Source of the DNA: an uncultured Synergistales bacterium
GTDB taxonomy: Bacteria; Synergistota; Synergistia; Synergistales; Aminobacteriaceae
Assembly: GCA_937897575.1 (NCBI GenBank)
Contig: CALCQG010000168.1
Span: 1 to 56,379, forward strand
Length of the DNA stretch: 56,379 nt
Reading direction: 5' to 3'
Of the stretch, positions 51,379-56,379 are shown piece after piece. Every line of letters begins with the position of its first letter. The first letter of the stretch is position 1. The notes beneath the pieces are model-generated. The model saw nothing but the letters and a program-made list of their open reading frames with translations. It was not told where the DNA came from and did no database searches. A program made the translations under genes and the position numbers.

Positions 51379-52242
51379 CTAGAATGTAAAATTCGTCACA
51401 GCCCGTCGCGGGTCAAAGCAACATCCAGTTCTCAGCGAAACGACGCGTATACCACTCGCCCGTTGTGGTCCCACCTTGACAAAAGTCCCTAAAACGGTCG
51501 TGTCACCTCCGAGGCCTAACGCACCGACTGCGGATTGGTTCACGCCTTGCGTTATCCGTTGTTCAATCTCAGATTGCTGGGAGAAATTCCCCTTTGCCAT
51601 CGCTTCAAGACTAAGAGAAGCTGCCTCAAGATGCGAACGCCCTATGCCGTATGCAAGAACACACGGTTGGCAGCCCAGCATCTTCGCCCCCTCTGTTCCC
51701 CAGGCGATCATTTCATTGATCACGGTATCAGCCGAGTGTTTGTGAAAAACGCGCAATGTTTTTCCACGAATTTCGGGGCCTCCTCCGTACATGAGCACCG
51801 TAAGGGCAATCGAGCCACCTTCAACACGACGGATTTGAACAGGTGCCATCGCGAGGGCACCTGAGTCCTCATAGAGTCCTCTGGACTGAGATAGACGCTC
51901 CAGATCGCCTCCACGGACAGCCATTGGTCTGCCGGGCAGTTTCCGAAGCCCCGAAGCAATTCCGTCTTCCACAGCTTTCAGAAATCCCGCCGGGACAGCG
52001 GCAGCGTCGCCTATTTCAAGCAGCACATGAGGAATACCGGTATCGTCGCAAAGAGGAAGTTGCATCTTCTCCGCCATTTCGGCGTTTTGGAGAATGGTCT
52101 CGAGCACCCACTTAGCGTGCTCATTCGATTCCGATGCGTGCGCTCGCTGGTATGCTTCTTTCTGATCCTCTCCGAAAGAGGTGCTCGCCTTCACAAGAGT
52201 TTCGGCTGTCTTTACCGTGACGTCCTTAAGCGTATTCATCAC
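51379..52242 (-). CDS. Class I fumarate hydratase / tartrate dehydratase-like alpha subunit
   Basis: PLCDDTG, GGGPE, GCQP, GALGLGG and terminal GCC Fe-S ligand motifs. Confidence 0.85.
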   Translation of the reverse strand: MMNTLKDVTVKTAETLVKASTSFGEDQKEAYQRAHASESNEHAKWVLETILQNAEMAEKMQLPLCDDTGIPHVLLEIGDAAAVPAGFLKAVEDGIASGLRKLPGRPMAVRGGDLERLSQSRGLYEDSGALAMAPVQIRRVEGGSIALTVLMYGGGPEIRGKTLRVFHKHSADTVINEMIAWGTEGAKMLGCQPCVLAYGIGRSHLEAASLSLEAMAKGNFSQQSEIEQRITQGVNQSAVGALGLGGDTTVLGTFVKVGPQRASGIRVVSLRTGCCFDPRRAVTNFTF

Positions 52243-52757
52243 TTGTCACCCTTATCATCGAATATTGACTGACCGTGTGCGATCGCCACGATAGCAGAGA
52301 AATTTTTCACCTGAAGGACATGCATCGCCTCCATCCCTTCCTCTTCGAAAGCGACGATTTTTTTGTTCTGAATCGTGGAGGTGAGCAGTGCGGAGACGGG
52401 GGGATTAACGGCAAAAATCGAATTATACTCTTTCAACACATCCACTGTGGTTTGAGAGAGCCTGCCCTTTCCGATGTGAATTTTCACGCCGGCTTTGGAG
52501 AGCATTGGGATGGAACCTTCGATATCGAGTTTGTTGCTTGAAGTCGGACCTATGCCAGCAGGACTCACAGCAGTGTGAAATATTATGCTGCCATTCAGGT
52601 TGATTCCGTACTTCTCCAGCTCGTCTTTTTCAATCATTTGTACTAATTTTGGCAGAGCAGCATCACGCCCCGTATAAATCGAACCTGTTATTTCCAGTTT
52701 ATCGTAAATTTTCAGTGAGCTTATGACGGAATCAGCGACCGGGGTTAAAATCAGCAT
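52239..52757 (-). CDS. Class I fumarate hydratase-like beta subunit
   Basis: TGRDAA, GPTSS, IGKG and EEGMEA motifs. Confidence 0.85.
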   Translation of the reverse strand: MLILTPVADSVISSLKIYDKLEITGSIYTGRDAALPKLVQMIEKDELEKYGINLNGSIIFHTAVSPAGIGPTSSNKLDIEGSIPMLSKAGVKIHIGKGRLSQTTVDVLKEYNSIFAVNPPVSALLTSTIQNKKIVAFEEEGMEAMHVLQVKNFSAIVAIAHGQSIFDDKGDK

Positions 52758-52802
52758 TTAAAGTCCCTTCTTTCCATGAAAGTAAACAAAAAACAAGCTT
52801 AA

Positions 52803-52817
52803 TTCCAATATATGGAA
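52803..52817. promoter_or_regulatory. Putative IclR-family operator
   Basis: TTCCA-ATATA-TGGAA dyad between the promoter and the first gene of the cluster. Confidence 0.6.
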
Positions 52818-52842
52818 GTTGATTTCTTAGTTTGGTAATGCG

Positions 52843-52872
52843 ATTATATTATTCCACGAGCATTTCTGTCAA
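52843..52872 (-). promoter_or_regulatory. sigma70 promoter of the catabolic cluster
   Basis: Minus strand TTGACA-18 nt-TATAAT, both hexamers perfect consensus. Confidence 0.8.
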
Positions 52873-53097
52873 GAAACCAGCCGTGGATACACGAAAACAT
52901 GTACAGCCGAGTACCTTACAATGTTTTTCTTCAGCGGATACCACACTGTTTTCGCTTTGCCGTAATTGAAAGCGCCATCGTAGCCAAAGGGAAATTGATA
53001 TAATAACAGCTATAACTCAATGATTACGATTGATTGAGAGCGTACCTCATGACCCTGTTCGCTTATATTTGCCCGTGTACAGTACGAGGAGTGGGAG

Positions 53098-53895
53098 ATG
53101 TACATGAAGAACAAGCGTTCGCCGGAAGGCACGAATTCATTAAAAAAAGGGCTCTCCGTGCTCTCCTGTTTCACGTGGGAGAACACATCGCTTACACTGA
53201 CTGAAATAGCAAGATGTCTTGATCTTCCGATGCCTACAGCATCGAGGATAGCAAGGGCACTCGAAGAAGAGGGTTTTTTGGAGAGAGACAGGAACACAAA
53301 AGCCTATCATTTGGGTTTTAAATGCTATCTCTTTGGTTCCATGGCTAAAAAAACGGGAGGCCTTCGTAATCTTGTTCTTCCATACATGCAGGATCTTAAA
53401 GAGCGTTTTAACGAGACGGTGAATTTTTATGTTCGCGAAGGCTTTATGAGGACCTGCTACGAGCAGGTCGAGAGCTCTTGGGATTTAAAGCGTACTGCGA
53501 AACTCGGAGCGAAATTTACACTTTGGGCGGGTGCAGCTGGGCGCTGCTTCTTGGCTTTTATGAAAGAACAAGACGTCGCGTTGATTCTTGAGGAAGCGGA
53601 AGCTCTGACGGAAAACACGATTCTGAATAAATCAACCGTCTACGCCCTCTTGGAAAAAATTCGTATTGAAGGGTTCTCCACCAGCAACTCCGAAAGAGAG
53701 CGCGGCGTATACTCTATTGCGGTCCCCATCATGAACGACGAACAACAGGTGGTGGGATGTATGACCCTCTCGGGGCCCACGGTCCGTTTCACCGATGACG
53801 TGACCCGGGCGATGATACCCGCCATAAAGGAGGCCTGCCTGCTTATCTCCTTGAAGCTGGGGGCACCCGTGGACTTCATCGGCTTCCTGAGGTAG
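53098..53895 (+). CDS. IclR family transcriptional regulator
   Basis: SLKKGLSVL...LTEIA...TASRI...GFLER HTH; ETVNF, GAAGRCFLA and GVYSIAVPI...SGPTVRF effector domain. Confidence 0.92.
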   Translation: MYMKNKRSPEGTNSLKKGLSVLSCFTWENTSLTLTEIARCLDLPMPTASRIARALEEEGFLERDRNTKAYHLGFKCYLFGSMAKKTGGLRNLVLPYMQDLKERFNETVNFYVREGFMRTCYEQVESSWDLKRTAKLGAKFTLWAGAAGRCFLAFMKEQDVALILEEAEALTENTILNKSTVYALLEKIRIEGFSTSNSERERGVYSIAVPIMNDEQQVVGCMTLSGPTVRFTDDVTRAMIPAIKEACLLISLKLGAPVDFIGFLR

Positions 53896-53947
53896 GGTTC
53901 ATTCCCGAAGAGTCGTCCGGAGAGGTACCCATACCGTTCATGACATC

Positions 53948-53994
53948 AATGAGGGGCACGCCGCAGAGAAAAGGCATGCCCCTCGATGTTTTTA
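53948..53994 (+). terminator. Hairpin between convergent iclR and the DAACS gene
   Basis: GAGGGGCACGCC...GGCATGCCCCTC imperfect stem followed by a T-rich tail. Confidence 0.5.
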
Positions 53995-54025
53995 TGCTGG
54001 ATCAGAATCTACTTCCGATGAACTG

Positions 54026-55339
54026 CTAACGCCATTTCGCGAGGTCGAGCTCCCCCTCGCTCTTCGCAACAATGGCCGATCCCGCGATGTCCCCCGTGAT
54101 GTTGACGCATGTACGTCCCATGTCGAGGAGCGCGTCGATGCCCAGGATCATGGCGTAGGCCGCCGCCACGGCCGAGCCCTCCGTCACCTTCAGGCCGATG
54201 GACTCGAGGACCATGAGCAGCATGATGGCCCCCGCTCCAGGGACTCCGGCTGTTCCGATGCTTGCAAGGGTGGCCGTCAGCACGACTATGGCCTGTTGGT
54301 TGAACGTGAGCGGGAGGCCGACGGCGTTGCCGATGAACATGGCGCAGACACCGAGGTAGATCGCCGTGCCGTCCATGTTGATCGTGGCCCCGAGCGGCAG
54401 GGTGAAGGAACAGATGCTCCGCGGCACACCGAGGTTTTCCTCCGCGCATCGCATGGTCACGGGCAGGGTTCCGCTGGATGACCTGGTCACGAAGGCGGTC
54501 ACCATGGCCTCATTGGCTCCCTTGAGGAAGCGAATGAGCCCGAGCTTCCACATGGCCAGGAATCCGCCGTAGCACACTATCACATGGACTATGAGACCGA
54601 GGTAGACGGCCACCGTCACCATGAGCAGCGGCCCTATGGCCCTGGGTCCCTGCTGGGCGAAGACCTGGGCGATGAGGACGAAGACGCCTATTGGGGCGTA
54701 CTGCATGATCCCCGTCACCATCTTGTAGATCGTCTCGGCCGACGCGTTCACCACATCGAGCAGCATCGAGCCGATCCGCGCAAGTTCAGGTTTGTTCGAC
54801 GTCTTGATATAGGACAGGGCGAGACCGAAGACCACAGCGAAGAAGATGATCGGCAGAACATCGCCCTTCGCGAGGGACTCGATCGGGTTGGTGGGGACGA
54901 TGTTCAGCAGGACCTGGGAGATGGCCGGGGCCTCCGCCAGACGCCCCTTGACGGCCGCGTCGCCCACGACGTTGAAACCCGCTCCGGGCTTCAGAAGATT
55001 TGCGAAGAGCAGGCCGAAAACGACGGCCAAAGCGCTCGTGAAGAGGTAGTAACTCATGATCTTGGCGCCCACGCGCCCCAAGCGGGACGGTTCAATGCTT
55101 GCCGCGCCGGCGATGAGGGAGAACAGGATGACCGGGACGACGATCATCTTCAGCAGCCGGATGAACAGGTCGCCGAAGAACTTCGTCCAGGCGACGAAGG
55201 GCGCTACGGCGTTGGGGAAGAAACCGCCCAGGACGATGCCCACCACTGCTCCTAGTATGAGACCGATAAGAATTCTCGCCAAAAGGTTGGACTTGAAGTA
55301 CCAATCAAGGGCTCCGCGCTTCTCGTTCTGCTCTTCCAT
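54026..55339 (-). CDS. Dicarboxylate/amino acid:cation symporter (DAACS, GltP/GltT-like)
   Basis: FIRLLKMIVVP, TRSSSGTLP, GATINMDGT, GTAGVPG and DMGRTCVNITGD motifs. Confidence 0.93.
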   Translation of the reverse strand: MEEQNEKRGALDWYFKSNLLARILIGLILGAVVGIVLGGFFPNAVAPFVAWTKFFGDLFIRLLKMIVVPVILFSLIAGAASIEPSRLGRVGAKIMSYYLFTSALAVVFGLLFANLLKPGAGFNVVGDAAVKGRLAEAPAISQVLLNIVPTNPIESLAKGDVLPIIFFAVVFGLALSYIKTSNKPELARIGSMLLDVVNASAETIYKMVTGIMQYAPIGVFVLIAQVFAQQGPRAIGPLLMVTVAVYLGLIVHVIVCYGGFLAMWKLGLIRFLKGANEAMVTAFVTRSSSGTLPVTMRCAEENLGVPRSICSFTLPLGATINMDGTAIYLGVCAMFIGNAVGLPLTFNQQAIVVLTATLASIGTAGVPGAGAIMLLMVLESIGLKVTEGSAVAAAYAMILGIDALLDMGRTCVNITGDIAGSAIVAKSEGELDLAKWR

Positions 55340-56379
55340 AACGGCATCTCCTCCTCAGATAAAAATGATAGTGCGAAGGCACGATTACCGAAGATAAAAC
55401 CCAGCGTTCGAGAGGAAAATCTGTGACGGAACACTCGCCCGGGCACAGCATAAAAAAAGTTCAGGAGCCGCGGGCCCGGCCGCGAATCCATCGTCCCCTT
55501 GCCATCGGGTCGCTCAGTTCATGACGGTCACCATCTTTCGCTCATATCGTACTCTATCGAGCACATGACCAACGCCGAAGCTTTCGCCGTATTCAACGTA
55601 TCGTCGAGCGGGACAATGGGTGCACCTGTTTCCGGAACAATTCTGAAAATCATGAGGGACAGAAGCACTCTCCTGTACAGCGTATTCTATCATCTTTTGC
55701 GCAATACTTGCCTATCTCTCATTCAAAGAGCGTTTCGTCGGAATGGCGAACTCAAGAGAGAAGCCGCGGCCACAATACGTATTTTCCGCTGTTGTGGACA
55801 AGACAGAGTTGATACAATACCCCCAGGGGGTGATTGATCATGCGTAAGAGAGAGGGTTTCGTCTGCCCGCCGTGAATCCTCATTGTTTTGGTCGCGGCGG
55901 TCGTCGCGGGAATTTCATGGCTCGTACAGTGGTTGAAGCAGTAGACCGACGCCCCTGGATGCACAGGGGCGTCCGCTTTTTCGTACACCCCGCGCCCCTC
56001 TGTGATACGATATTCCTGTTCTCCATGATCGGGGCACCTCTCGAAGAAGCGTGGACATGACCGGCAGGAGGTGCTCTCCTTGGACCAAAAGTTCAGGTGA
56101 TCGAAGGGTGGAGGAAGTTCCTGAAGGGGGATGTCCCCGAGGTCTGTTTTGCAGGGGTGGACTTTCTCGGCCTCAAACCGGACGCCGTCATTGCCACGAG
56201 AGATGCTCAGGGAGACACATCGGGGGGGCCGATCACATAACGCGAGCGACTTTTTGATCCCGTTCGACGCCGTGGGGTCTCTGAGATGACGCTGACGCGC
56301 AATGTCCCTCTTTTTCAGGTAGAACGCAGGCGGTGCACGTCGGTTTCGACAACCCATCAAACTTCGCACCCATAAGGAG

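Noticed and set aside
31949..52757. Ordinary glutamate fermentation (methylaspartate pathway) or citrate fermentation operon
   Set aside because: There is no glutamate mutase, citC/citG/citX or oxaloacetate decarboxylase; the MAL pocket is altered; and it would not explain the Hnr, Mo hydroxylase, OYE and amidohydrolase genes.
55752..56369. 205-aa ORF as a second IS1595 remnant or a real CDS
   Set aside because: Only a faint local resemblance at the N-terminus, with no collinear motifs afterwards; not supportable without a search.

Overview
A GC-rich anaerobe chromosome segment; gene content and style suggest Synergistota (inference). It starts at the 5' end and promoter of a 16S rRNA gene. 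It then carries housekeeping and accessory genes: proS, a patatin/POTRA/beta-barrel protein, a YqgF-like nuclease, lpxL, sfsA, a decayed IS1595 transposase, an acyl-CoA ligase, larB, an Opp/Dpp peptide ABC operon with an M42 peptidase and pepT, an HD protein, an amidohydrolase, trx-ccdA-nitroreductase, lemA, DUF72, typA, an MFS transporter, gpsA, a ferredoxin and an esterase/ATP-grasp pair. The highlight is a lower-GC block of about 22 kb (about 31.9-53.9 kb): one minus-strand gene cluster with a divergent IclR regulator. It encodes a split class I fumarase-like hydratase, an amidohydrolase, a methylaspartate ammonia-lyase homologue with an altered substrate pocket, a 6-hydroxynicotinate-reductase homologue, an ApbE-like UPF0280 protein, a TAXI-TRAP transporter, a xanthine-dehydrogenase-family Mo hydroxylase with the selenium markers YqeB/YqeC and MocA, an OYE-GltD fusion reductase, and citrate-lyase-like CitDEF. 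I infer that these genes fit together into an anaerobic route from quinolinate (pyridine-2,3-dicarboxylate) via homoaconitate and homocitrate to 2-oxoglutarate + acetate + NH3, which I do not know to have been described. Anomalies in proS (in-frame TGA, a perfect 26-bp inverted repeat) and gpsA (frameshift in a C7 run) may be assembly errors. All family calls come from motif recognition by eye; no database searches were run.
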